A DNA stretch of 63,093 bases, filler included, from Myxococcota bacterium (GCA_023150835.1; 3 parts of 3 records of this genome joined end to end with filler, not necessarily neighbours in it), one strand, 5' to 3'; counted from the whole stretch's first letter, positions 20,231-29,430 are shown. Program-made: numbers and translations. Notes: generated by a model from the letters alone, not told the origin.

Positions 20231-21517
20231 CTACTCTTCGCGGGGGTAACTGCGTTCTAACCAAGAAAGCGCGGACGCCTCATCACAGATCTCCCCCGTC
20301 AGTTGCGCATCTTCGAGCGCCAAAAGCATCTCCTTAAAGCGTGGGCCTGAGCGATACCCCAACCGCTTGAGCGCGTTGCCATCGAGAAGACGCGGAGGCG
20401 AAAGAGCTTGCTCATCCCACAACGAAAGTTGCTCTTGTGCCAAGACGATGGGCGCTTCAGGAAAGCCCTCGGCCTTCACCAAGATCCGCGCAATCCCAAG
20501 GATCTTCTGTATCAACGGGCGTCTCAAAAAGCGCTTTTGCTCTGCGATGCCCATCTCTCTGAGGCTCGGGAGCAGGCGAACCCCCGCCAAAAGATCCAGC
20601 GTTTCGCGGATCTCTGGGTTAGAAAAACGCAGATGACGCAGCCCTTGTTCTGCTCGATCCAACGGCTCGTGCGACAGCAACGTCGCCAAAGCCATCGAGA
20701 TATCCCGATACGCCGATTCTTCGAAGGCTTGAAAACGCAACAATCGCAGCGGATCCGACGACGTATTCGGCAAGATGTGGGCAAACAACCCTGTCTCTTC
20801 AAGCAAGCGCACTGCCAAGCAAGGATACAAGCCCGTCAACATCCTCGTGAGTTCTTGCTGGATGCGCTCCACGCTCACCTCGACGATACGATGCGCCATC
20901 GATTGGATCGCCTCAAACGTCGCTTGATCCATCGTAAAATTCAAACGCCCCACAAAACGGATCGCTCGCAACATCCGCAGCCGATCCTCGGAAAATCGTG
21001 CGTACGGATCGCCGATCGTGCGCAAGCGCTTTCGGTCCAAATCCTCGATCCCACCGACGTAATCTAACACCTCCTCCGCGATCGGGTCGTACAACAAACC
21101 ATTGATCGTAAAGTCCCGCCGCTTCACATCTTCGCGAACATCCACACCATCAAACGTCACCTCTGTAGGACGACGCCCATCTTCATAACGCCCTTCTGAT
21201 CGAAAGGTGGTCACTTCAAACGTCAGCCCATGACGCACCACCATGATCGTGCCGAATTCTCGGCCCACGTCCGCCGTATGATAATGTGGCTTGCGAAACC
21301 AAGCCTCGGTCTCTTCGGGTTTTGCGCTGGTCGCAACATCGTAATCTTTGGGCGGCTCTCCCAACAACATATCGCGAATCGATCCCCCCACAAGATAAGC
21401 CGCAAATCCCGCCCTTCGTAAGATCGAGACGATCTGTGCTGCCTCTTCAAACAATGCACCTTTCGGCACACCCAACCACCGACGTATCGGCTCTCCAAGC
21501 AACGCGCTCTCTACCAT
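20231..21517 (-). CDS. CCA tRNA nucleotidyltransferase / poly(A) polymerase family
   Basis: YLVGGSIRD..LG..PKDYDVAT, EVTTFR, RRDFTIN, EDRLRMLRAIRF. Confidence 0.92.
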   Translation of the reverse strand: MVESALLGEPIRRWLGVPKGALFEEAAQIVSILRRAGFAAYLVGGSIRDMLLGEPPKDYDVATSAKPEETEAWFRKPHYHTADVGREFGTIMVVRHGLTFEVTTFRSEGRYEDGRRPTEVTFDGVDVREDVKRRDFTINGLLYDPIAEEVLDYVGGIEDLDRKRLRTIGDPYARFSEDRLRMLRAIRFVGRLNFTMDQATFEAIQSMAHRIVEVSVERIQQELTRMLTGLYPCLAVRLLEETGLFAHILPNTSSDPLRLLRFQAFEESAYRDISMALATLLSHEPLDRAEQGLRHLRFSNPEIRETLDLLAGVRLLPSLREMGIAEQKRFLRRPLIQKILGIARILVKAEGFPEAPIVLAQEQLSLWDEQALSPPRLLDGNALKRLGYRSGPRFKEMLLALEDAQLTGEICDEASALSWLERSYPREE

Positions 21518-21580
21518 CCAAACACTCCTCCCATGCAACAAACCACGACACAAATTCCACCAAACCGGCTCGTTAAAAAT

Positions 21581-21670
21581 CCCCGTGTTCGCAGACTGCT
21601 CAAACAGCACCGTTGTTCATTTGAAAAACGGGCGTTGCCTTCAAACCCCCGATGGTTCGGGCCGCAAACG
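21581..21670 (-). repeat. Partial/degenerate copies of the dispersed three-hairpin repeat
   Basis: ccccgtgttcgc...tttgaaaa and a second tcaaacccccgatggttcg resemble the start of copy 1. Confidence 0.55.
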
Positions 21671-21782
21671 GTAAAACGGTAAAACGGTAAACCGCAACTA
21701 GGGGCTCGATCTGACGACACGGAAACCGATGCCGAGGTAGCGGTCCGTCAGCGTGTAGTGGTAACGCCGCGCCGCCCGCACA

Positions 21783-22096
21783 TTGCCGACGTTGTCGTAC
21801 CAACAGCCACCCCGCCGCACGCCCTTTCCCCACATCATTCACAGACCAATATCGCAAAGGCAAGACGCCGCCGATGCTCTCGTCCGACTCGCCGACCTCT
21901 GGAAAAACAATTGGAAAGAGGCCGAAGGCCGCTCCAAGATCACCCTCGACATGATACAACGCGCCGCCACCGATGGCGCTCGCTTCCTCGCTCACCTCGA
22001 CAAACAACCCACACAACTTCAATAAGCCGCTCTAATGCGCCAAAAAGCATGGAGCTTCCTCGACCTAGCCCTCACTAACATCAGTTCAAAACATCG
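21783..22096 (+). pseudogene. Fragment of a helical hypothetical protein with internal TAA
   Basis: ORFs 21783-22025 and 22035+ are in the same frame and read as one protein-like helical sequence across the stop; runs into tandem repeats. Confidence 0.35.
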
Positions 22097-22213
22097 TCCC
22101 GTCGTTGTCAAAACAACCGTTTTCGATTCAAAAAACCCTCCCGTCGTTGTCAAAACAACCGTTTTCGATTCAAAAAACCCTCCCGTCGTTGTCAAAACAA
22201 CCGTTTTCGATTC
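22097..22213. repeat. 42-bp perfect tandem repeat running into assembly gap
   Basis: tcccgtcgttgtcaaaacaaccgttttcgattcaaaaaaccc at 22097, 22139 and 22181; no spacers. Confidence 0.9.
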
Positions 22214-22313
22214 NNNNNNNNNNNNNNNNNNNNNNNNNNNNNNNNNNNNNNNNNNNNTTAATTAATTAANNNNNNNNNNNNNNNNNNNNNNNNNNNNNNN
22301 NNNNNNNNNNNNN
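22214..22313. other. Assembly gap / contig linker
   Basis: N-run with central TTAATTAATTAA. Confidence 0.98.
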
Positions 22314-22377
22314 AATCCTTCGTTCGTTTCAACATCTTGTCAAAGGAGAAAAAGAGCTTTATGTCGTAGAAAAAGCT

Positions 22378-22950
22378 TTGTGGAAAGAGATTGCTCGTAC
22401 GCTCTCTCTGCTCCCTAAAAAGCATCTCAAGCGCCTTTTACGATCTCGCTCTGAGGAGGTACGCTCTTTTGCTGTGCATGCTCTTCTTTTAAAAGGCGAA
22501 CCTATTCAAACCCTTCTTCCTGTTCTAAAGAAACTATCCTTGTCGAAAAAGCCAAATATTCGCTGGTTCTCCTGTTTTAATCTTTATGTTGCCCTCTCGC
22601 AAAAAAACAAAACAGCAATGGCTCTCCTTGTATCAGCTTTAAATCAAGAAAGAAATATGCAGAATGTAGTTTCTATTGGAGATTATATCTACCCTTTTTT
22701 GAGAGATGCTAAGGAGATTGATTTTTTGTTGAATAAACTCTATCCTATTTTTAATGTACAGTTCCAAACCGAGATTTTGACGCTCATTAGAATTCGACAA
22801 GGCGAAATCTCCATTCAAACACAAGAAAAAGTCTTTTCCTTCCTTCTTGATTACAAGAGGTGGAAAGGCATACCTCTTTATGATGGACGGAGGTATACCT
22901 CATTCGTTCATAAGATCCAAAGACGTCGCAAAGCAAGGAAGAAGCCGTAA
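22378..22950 (+). CDS. AT-rich helical (HEAT-like) hypothetical protein, 5'-truncated; candidate immunity protein
   Basis: Visibly AT-rich compared with flanks; EEVR..AV.AL HEAT-like motif; directly precedes an Rhs core fragment. Confidence 0.55.
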   Translation: MWKEIARTLSLLPKKHLKRLLRSRSEEVRSFAVHALLLKGEPIQTLLPVLKKLSLSKKPNIRWFSCFNLYVALSQKNKTAMALLVSALNQERNMQNVVSIGDYIYPFLRDAKEIDFLLNKLYPIFNVQFQTEILTLIRIRQGEISIQTQEKVFSFLLDYKRWKGIPLYDGRRYTSFVHKIQRRRKARKKP

Positions 22951-22955
22951 AAAAA

Positions 22956-23570
22956 TTGCCCTCACGCTACGAACACGAAGCTCACGGCAACCTCACCTTG
23001 ATGCCGCATCTTCCGACGATGAACTGGGATGCTTTGGATCGACTTCACGCAACCAGCCGACAGGTGGTGACAAATGGCACTCCTGAAACGACATACTATG
23101 TCTACGATGGAAGCGGACAACGCATGCGAAAAGTCACCGAAAGACAAGCCAACACGGGTGCGACACCTACGAGGAAGAACGAACGCTTGTATCTTGGGGA
23201 CAGGGAAGTGTATCGCAGCTTCCAAAGTGACGGTGTCACCGTAGAGATGGAGCGAGAGAGCTTGTCCGCGATGGAAGAACAACAGCGTATCGCCTTGATC
23301 GACACCAAAACTGTGGACGCTGGAACTGCTGTAGCATCGCCGTTGTCTGTTTGGCGGCTACAGTTGGGAGACCACCTTGGCTCCGCAAGTCTCGAAGTCA
23401 CCGAGGACGTGGCGGCTGGGGTACTCACGTATGAAGAGTACCATCCCTTTGGCACTTCCTCTTACCGCGCAAACAACAACGCCCTCGACGTCAGCGAGAA
23501 ACGCTATCGCTACACTGGCAAGGAGCGGGACGAAGAAAATGGCTTCGGTTATCACGGCGCACGTTATTAC
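22956..23570 (+). pseudogene. Orphan RHS repeat-associated core fragment
   Basis: TYYVYDGSGQR.RKVTE, DHLGSASLE, YEEYHPFG, KRYRYTGKERDEE.G..YHGARYY; cut before the W...DP motif by an IS end. Confidence 0.88.
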
Positions 23571-23990
23571 ACGTGAGTTCGAGCAAGAAAAAAATTGTAC
23601 CCACTTGTTTTCTCTGACAAAGTGTCATTGCAAAACGACCCCCCAGAGAAAGCAAGGGTACGATCATGGATCGAACCGAAATCTTTTGCCATGTCGACGA
23701 TTTTTATGGGGCGTTTGGGAAGGACTGGACGGGCAAGGATTCTATCGGTTGTTTTTTTGGCTTCAAGTTGCATCTCGTCGTCAACGACATCGGCGAAATC
23801 CTGTCTTTTCGTATCACAAGAGCCAACGTTGATGCTCGCAGTCTTTCCACCGGCATGATGCAGGGACTTTTTGGCCGAATCTACGGGGATCGCGGATATA
23901 TTTCACAAGATTGACTCGATGACTTATACGCAAAAGGTATTTCTCTTACGATGACAACACGTAAGAACATGAAAGCTCGGCTGAAGAAAC
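23571..23990 (+). mobile_element. IS982-family remnant (internally deleted, stop-interrupted transposase)
   Basis: Left end ACGTGAGTTCGA; MDRTEIFCHVDDF N-terminus joined to FFGFKLHLVVND.GE, YGDRGYIS and RKNMK; no right IR seen; right limit approximate. Confidence 0.82.
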
Positions 23991-24065
23991 CATCGAGCAC
24001 AAGTCTTTGGTGAAGGGCGAGAAAAGCAAGCGCGCTTACATACTTCTTTCAGCGCCTCGTGGGAC

Positions 24066-25493
24066 TCACCGTATCGAGCCTCCCCGTAAGGCCGCAAGAA
24101 CCCCCAATAAGTCTTCCAGATCACCCGCCGTCAGTTCCGAGCGCACGCCTTCCCTCGCCAATGCAGAAAGCAGCCCTTTCAAGCTGGGTGCGACCCGCCC
24201 CTCTGCCTGTTTTGCAGCACGTAGCGCGATCCCCAAGGCGCGAAGTTGCTCTTGTGTAGGAGGGGCGGCTCGCCTTCCTTGACTTGGTGGTATCTTCCCC
24301 TGCAAACGCAGCTTTACGGCCATAGCCCGCAGGATTTGGCGCTCACGCAAAGCCCCTGTCATCTCAAGAGAAGCGATCCTCTCCCCCTCCGAAAGACGTT
24401 CTCCCTGATATCCTCCCCCACCCAAAGACACTCTTTTTTCCTCGGTCTCTTCGGCCTCTTCGGTTTCTTCTTCGATCTCTTGGCCAAGAACAGCGGCGTA
24501 GGTGAGTTGAAGGCGGTTGAAAAGATCGTGCGGATCGATGATGAAAAACTCGCTTTTCCCGGGATAGAAGCGCAGTCCTCGACCAACTTCTTGGATAAAG
24601 CGGTTGCGGCTGGTGTTACGGTCTTTGGTGGCTCGACGCATACAGAGCCAGCGCAAGAACGGCAGATCCGCCCCTTCGGTCAATAGATTCACATGAACCA
24701 ATGCCCCCAAGCTGCCGCGCCGCAGCGCTTCGAGCAGTCGTTTCTGTAGATCTGGTGGTTGTTCCCCGTGTATAGGGGCTGCACGGCATCCCGCTCGTGA
24801 AAGCTTTTGGGCGAACTGCGTGGCGTCTGGGATGCTCCAAGCACTGATCAGTCCGGGCAAACCACGCAACATCGGTTCGCCCAAGATCGCCTCGATGCAA
24901 GCCTCATCAAGCTGCTTTTTCTCCCGTCGGTACGGCAGGATGGAAGGCGGAACGATCACGCCGTCTGCAAGAGCTTGTTCGGCGGTGTACTCGTAAAGAA
25001 GATGATCGTAGAGGGTAAGGCGTTCTTTGTCCGTGGCGCGGTGAGGGGTCGCCGTAAAACCCAAACGCCAAGCGTTGGGCCAACTTTCCGCCCACGCTTG
25101 CATTGTGGGAGACTCTGTGCCGTGACATTCATCGGCTATCCATGCGGTAACATCGAGCTTTTTGCGCGCAAGTGTGTGATAGAGCGTTTCCACGCTGTTG
25201 TTGCATGTCACGATGATCGGGTGGTAGATGTCCTTTTCTTCGGCATAAAAGGCGCTGTGGCGGGTTTGTAGCTCGTGAAAGGTGCTTTGCAGTTGGCGCA
25301 CGATCTGTTGCGTGGGGGCCGTGATGACGATGCGTTCGCTGCGGGAAGACAAGGGGATGCTACGCGCAACGAGAGCAAGCAAGATGCTTTTCCCACCCCC
25401 CGTCGCTGCACGTACAAGCCCATGCGTTCGGGCCTGCCAAGCGCGCATCACGACAGGATATGCGGCGGCTTGCCAAGCCCGTAGCTTTTTCAT
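24066..25493 (-). CDS. SF2 DEAD/DEAH-box helicase (ResIII/RadD-like)
   Basis: LRAWQ, AATGGGKS, DECH, GFTATP, LTEGADLP, FIQEVGRGLR; ATG 2 nt after the recombinase stop. Confidence 0.9.
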   Translation of the reverse strand: MKKLRAWQAAAYPVVMRAWQARTHGLVRAATGGGKSILLALVARSIPLSSRSERIVITAPTQQIVRQLQSTFHELQTRHSAFYAEEKDIYHPIIVTCNNSVETLYHTLARKKLDVTAWIADECHGTESPTMQAWAESWPNAWRLGFTATPHRATDKERLTLYDHLLYEYTAEQALADGVIVPPSILPYRREKKQLDEACIEAILGEPMLRGLPGLISAWSIPDATQFAQKLSRAGCRAAPIHGEQPPDLQKRLLEALRRGSLGALVHVNLLTEGADLPFLRWLCMRRATKDRNTSRNRFIQEVGRGLRFYPGKSEFFIIDPHDLFNRLQLTYAAVLGQEIEEETEEAEETEEKRVSLGGGGYQGERLSEGERIASLEMTGALRERQILRAMAVKLRLQGKIPPSQGRRAAPPTQEQLRALGIALRAAKQAEGRVAPSLKGLLSALAREGVRSELTAGDLEDLLGVLAALRGGSIR

Positions 25494-25495
25494 GC

Positions 25496-26440
25496 TCAAA
25501 GATCCTTGAGCGGATTCTTGCTGAACTGTTCGTGGGTACGGATATAGCGGGTGGTGGTGCGGAGAGGGTCTTTGTGGCGGAGTTGCTGGGAAATCCGTCG
25601 GATATCCACATCGGCTTCGGCAAGACTGGTCGCCAACCCTGCCCGACAACTATGCCCCGCAAAGTCCGCAGCATTGAGACCTTGCGCCTCCGCAGCCCGT
25701 TTCACGATCCGCACAAATGTTTTCTCGGATACATGGGCGTTTGCGTCGCGTGGTGAAGGAAACAACCATCCCGCATCTTGCGTGGCTTGGTGTTGTTCTC
25801 GGCGCTGCTTGTACCAGTCCAACAACGCCGTAAAGTCCCGCCATTCCGTTGGGATCGCAATGGTCTCTTCTTTTCCTTCTTGGTTGGTCTTGGAGGCGGC
25901 AAGTGAGATCAATAACCCCCGATCTTCCGATGTGATGTCAGTCAACCGAAGCGAGACCAGTTCACTCCGACGAAAGCCCGTCGCAAAACCCCATTGCAAC
26001 AACGCCTGTTCCCAAGGTTCCCAAAAGCACTTCCGCAAGCCTTGGTCCAAAACCCCCAGCGTCATCGGCTTTTTGCGTATCGGCTTGTGTTTCAGTTGAC
26101 GGCGCAAACCTTGTCGGAAGAGTTGAAATGACCCAGAGAACGGAGGCAGCGAAGTTTGCGCAGCTTCATACCCATGACGGATGGCGACGAGGGCTGCGTT
26201 CAGCGTGGGTAGCTTTTTCTCTTGCTCGACAAGATGTGTTAGGTACAACATCAACGCCTCTTCGGTCGGTGGTTCGGCCACTTCGTGCTGTTTTCGCCAC
26301 GCTTGCCATGACTGCCACATCGAGCGATATGCGCGCTTGGTGTTGCCAGACCATGCGTTCTCAAGGATCTCCCGCGCCTTCCCGACCAGACGAACCTTGT
26401 CAGGAAGCTGATGTTGTTGGGAGATCAGAAGAGAGTTCAC
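25496..26440 (-). CDS. Cre-like tyrosine recombinase
   Basis: N-terminal SAM-like NTKRAY; catalytic set FRRSEL, SKT, HSCR, RHK, TRY intact; GTG start overlaps upstream TGA. Confidence 0.92.
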   Translation of the reverse strand: MNSLLISQQHQLPDKVRLVGKAREILENAWSGNTKRAYRSMWQSWQAWRKQHEVAEPPTEEALMLYLTHLVEQEKKLPTLNAALVAIRHGYEAAQTSLPPFSGSFQLFRQGLRRQLKHKPIRKKPMTLGVLDQGLRKCFWEPWEQALLQWGFATGFRRSELVSLRLTDITSEDRGLLISLAASKTNQEGKEETIAIPTEWRDFTALLDWYKQRREQHQATQDAGWLFPSPRDANAHVSEKTFVRIVKRAAEAQGLNAADFAGHSCRAGLATSLAEADVDIRRISQQLRHKDPLRTTTRYIRTHEQFSKNPLKDL

Positions 26441-27030
26441 GCAACCATCTCCAAGAGGTCGAGGTTTTCGTTGAGGTGAGTTTCCACACGGGCGCGCCAA
26501 AGTCGAACACGCTCATAGACTGACGTAGCGGAAATGCCCATCACGCGAGCGATTTGGCGGTAAGTGAATCCCATCGACAACGCATCGGCGATCTTTTTAT
26601 CGTCCTCGCACAGATCAAAAACCCTTCGCAGGGATCGAGCCGCGACCTGTTTGTCCATCCGCTCAAAGTCGTCGCTTGACCCCTGATCTTCTAGAGCAGC
26701 GTGCGATTCAAGAGTCCGCGCTCTGCTCGTTGCTCGAAAGTGACCGATCACGCCGTCGCGCACGAATTTTTTGAGCCACGCGCCTTTCTTCTCGAAGCGG
26801 GCCAACATGCGAGGCCCTCGGCGCAAGAACAACTCCGTCACGCTCTGGGCCGCATCCATCGGATCGATGCCTTCATCCCACTCGCGGCAGAGTTTTGTCG
26901 AGTAAGAGAGCGCGCAGCGATGCACGACTTCGCAAAGGTATCAAAATGCCGCACGTGATCCCTCATTTGCGAGGGCTACGACTTCATGGAGCGATAGTTG
27001 TGCAAAGACTGCTCGTGTATTGCGTTTCAT
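26437..27030 (-). pseudogene. ECF-type sigma-70-like factor with in-frame TGA at codon 30
   Basis: MKRNT...EGSRAAF*YLCEVVHR continuous frame; DAAQ..F and WL region-2-like motifs; C-terminal HTH GFTYRQIARVMGISATSVYER; ATG overlaps upstream stop (ATGA). Confidence 0.72.
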
Positions 27031-27269
27031 GGCGTCTCTTCTTTCATTGTGAAGATCCCGACTGGATCGCTGCCTTCGAGGGATACCCAAAACGGCGGCC
27101 CCTGCGGTTCGGGATGGGCGGCGGATGGAATCTCTCGGAGCCTCGCACACAACTGCAGCGGTCGCACCTCAATCACCTCGAACAGTCGGTGAAAAGCCTC
27201 ACCGATCCCGAACGAGGTTTGCACCAACACTGCGCCGACACTCGGCATCATCTCCGATATCCGCTTCAT
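27027..27269 (-). CDS. Hypothetical protein (80 aa)
   Basis: Co-oriented, stop overlaps the sigma-factor ATG. Confidence 0.5.
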   Translation of the reverse strand: MKRISEMMPSVGAVLVQTSFGIGEAFHRLFEVIEVRPLQLCARLREIPSAAHPEPQGPPFWVSLEGSDPVGIFTMKEETP

Positions 27270-27306
27270 GGTTCACCAGATCAGAAGCGGCTGAAGGATG
27301 GGGGGA

Positions 27307-28012
27307 TCAGAGACTTTGTTGAAGTTGTATGAACCCTTGCTTCATCCAGCGTTGTCCGCGCGCTGTTTTCAGGAAAGAGGTTTCGGGGATCTCGCTCAAG
27401 CACATCTGCATCAAATCGTCGGGAGGGATGTAGCCCACGATAGCTCGGAAGTTTTCGGGGATCTTGGCCTTCACGATCTCGATGATGTTGGCTGGATCTT
27501 CGTTCGCTTCGGCCATCTTTTCGAGCTTTTGGTATTCCTCTTGGGTGACTTCGACTTTCATCTCTTCCTCGGTGATTATATGCGGTAAAAGCCTCCACTG
27601 CGCCTTTGCTATCGCCGCCTTCGATTCTTTGCAAGACCATATCGTACATCTTGTCCTGAAGCTCGCTCTCTTTTTTGCCTCTCAGCAGAGGCCCCAGATC
27701 ATCGGTCGACATGGCTTTCTTTGGGGGTTCGGTCATGATCTCATCCACCTGCACGATGCAGCCGTCCAAGGGTTTGCCGTCGCGGAATAGGCGTACTGAA
27801 AAAGCGCCCCCTCCGCGTCGTTGAAGGTACTTGCTCAAGTCTTCGGGGCTTGGTAACGGTTCCGGCCAGTTTCGCACTTTTTCCCAAGCAGCACCTTCAA
27901 GTTGGCCATCCCATTTGTTGCGGTACGCCTCCAAGCCATCGGCGTATTTGTAGAGGTGCGCCAACAGTGGAGCGAAGCCCTTGACATGGCCTCTTCGGGC
28001 ATTCTCCACCAT
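27307..28012 (-). pseudogene. Hypothetical protein(s), probable frameshift or lost stop near 27590
   Basis: Protein-like sequence MVENARR...GAVEAF in one frame continues as protein-like EEEMKVEV...LQQSL (27307-27561) in another. Confidence 0.45.
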
Positions 28013-28022
28013 CTCCAGATAG

Positions 28023-28256
28023 TCAAGAAACCCCTCTCCATCGACGGAAAGCGTTGGACAGGCGCTTGATAAAGCGCACGATCCCGTTTTCTGCAAAAAA
28101 TGTCCCGCAGCCATTGGAGCATGTCGCGTATAATTTTCTGTTTTTGTCTTCAAGAACGGCAAGAGCTTTGGACTTTCCGCAACAGAAACATTCCATGCGG
28201 AACAACACAGGCTTGCGAACGGACATTTTTTTGACCCCAAAGAGCCATACATTCAT
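28023..28256 (-). CDS. Small Zn-ribbon-like protein
   Basis: CFCCG...CSNGCG Cys pairs; first gene of the co-oriented module. Confidence 0.55.
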   Translation of the reverse strand: MNVWLFGVKKMSVRKPVLFRMECFCCGKSKALAVLEDKNRKLYATCSNGCGTFFAENGIVRFIKRLSNAFRRWRGVS

Positions 28257-28298
28257 GCCATACCATCAATGCCATGCCATACCATGAATGAATGTATG
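28246..28298. promoter_or_regulatory. Candidate operator/recombination site: 11-bp inverted repeat enclosing 12-bp direct repeats
   Basis: catacattcat (28246-28256) / atgaatgtatg (28288-28298); atgccataccat at 28255 and 28274. Confidence 0.45.
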
Positions 28299-28544
28299 TA
28301 TACAGCCAACGGTGAGGAGGCCGCTTGAGGGGTGGGTTTTGTTCGGAGTTTTTTGAGATGACGAGATTGGTTTCGCCAAACCACGTTGGGAGGGTATGGG
28401 TCTAGTTGGGAAACGCGCCTGAAAGCTTTGTTGGGATGTGGAAAGTGAGGGAATTGGGGTGGGGTAGCAGTGGGGTAAAATGGGTGTCGAAAAGTGACCT
28501 TTTTTGACGAAAGCTGACCGAGTAGAGAGAGATGTCCAGAAACG

Positions 28545-28583
28545 AAAAAAGGCCGCAACATCGGGTCTGATGTGCGGCCTTTT
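28545..28583 (-). terminator. Rho-independent terminator downstream of tRNA-Asn
   Basis: aaaaggccgca-acatc...gatgt-gcggcctttt hairpin flanked by A/T runs. Confidence 0.8.
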
Positions 28584-28587
28584 GAAG

Positions 28588-28660
28588 CTCCCCAACGCGG
28601 ACTCGAACCACGGACCCGGTGATTAACAGTCACCTGCTCTACCGACTGAGCTATTGGGGA
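28588..28660 (-). tRNA. tRNA-Asn(GTT)
   Basis: TCCCCAA acceptor, TAGCTCAGTCGGTAGAGC D-arm, GGTGA-CTGTTAA-TCACC anticodon arm, GGTTCGAGTCC T-loop; CCA not encoded. Confidence 0.97.
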
Positions 28661-28673
28661 TCGTCGGGGTTTG

Positions 28674-28702
28674 TATATAGCGAAGTGATCCGAGGCTGTC
28701 AA
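28674..28702 (-). promoter_or_regulatory. Putative sigma-70 promoter for tRNA-Asn
   Basis: TTGACA-17 nt-TATATA on the minus strand, 13 nt upstream of the tRNA. Confidence 0.5.
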
Positions 28703-28848
28703 CAACTTTTTGCGCAAGGAAGCGCCACGTAGAGAAAACGTTGCGTTTCCGCTTGCGTTTTCCGAAGGCGAACGCACAATGTAGAACCGCCGCGTAACCC
28801 CTCGGACCCTGCGCGGTTCACGGTCTCTTTTCATCGATCGAGGACAAG

Positions 28849-29421
28849 ATGGACGCCTTAGAAGCCCTACGCACGCGCCGCACCACACAAAACTACCAAC
28901 CGAGTGAGATCCCGCAGGAGATCTTGCTCACGGCTCTGGAAACAGCCCTCTACGCTCCGAACCATCGGCTAACCTACCCGTGGCGGTTTGTGATCGTTGG
29001 ACGCGAAACACGCCAACAACTGAAAGAACAAGCCAAACAAGCCAAGCTGCAAACACGCTCCACACCCGCAAGCCCAGAAGAACTCGCCAAGCTGGATCAA
29101 CAACTCTCCGAAAAACTGCTCTATCCCGCTGCGATGGTCGTGTTTTGTTGCGCACAAAGCAAAGATCCTGTCCGTCAGCGCGAAGATTACGCGACGGTGG
29201 CTTGCTCGATCCAAAACTTTAGCCTCGCGCTGCATGCGATGGGCTATGGCTCCAAATGGGGGACGGGCGATCTGACGACCGCCGCATCGACGTACCAACT
29301 TCTTGGGATCGAACGCGAACAACACGAGATCATCGGCTTTGTGTGGGTGGGACAACCAGAGGGAGCGATCCCTCGGCCCAAACGCCCCGATCTTCACGAA
29401 GTCTTACAAACGCTTCCCTGA
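28849..29421 (+). CDS. Nitroreductase family protein
   Basis: RTRRT, APNH..T.PWRF, EDYA.VACSIQN..LAL...GYGSKWGTG. Confidence 0.92.
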   Translation: MDALEALRTRRTTQNYQPSEIPQEILLTALETALYAPNHRLTYPWRFVIVGRETRQQLKEQAKQAKLQTRSTPASPEELAKLDQQLSEKLLYPAAMVVFCCAQSKDPVRQREDYATVACSIQNFSLALHAMGYGSKWGTGDLTTAASTYQLLGIEREQHEIIGFVWVGQPEGAIPRPKRPDLHEVLQTLP

Positions 29422-29430
29422 TCGAACGCG

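Noticed and set aside
22097-22213. Possible CRISPR array
   Set aside because: Units are contiguous and identical with no unique spacers; no cas genes in the window
22214-22313. TTAATTAATTAA palindrome as a biological site (also at 51798-51897)
   Set aside because: Identical six-frame-stop linker inside 100-nt N-gaps; an assembly artefact
23900-24120. att-site duplication of the tRNA-Asn 3' end at the far side of the recombinase module
   Set aside because: I could not find a copy of ctccccaacgcggactcgaacc by eye, so the element boundary is unproven
26941-26943. Alternative genetic code (TGA reassigned)
   Set aside because: Many conserved genes in the window end normally in TGA; isolated in-frame stops fit pseudogenisation better
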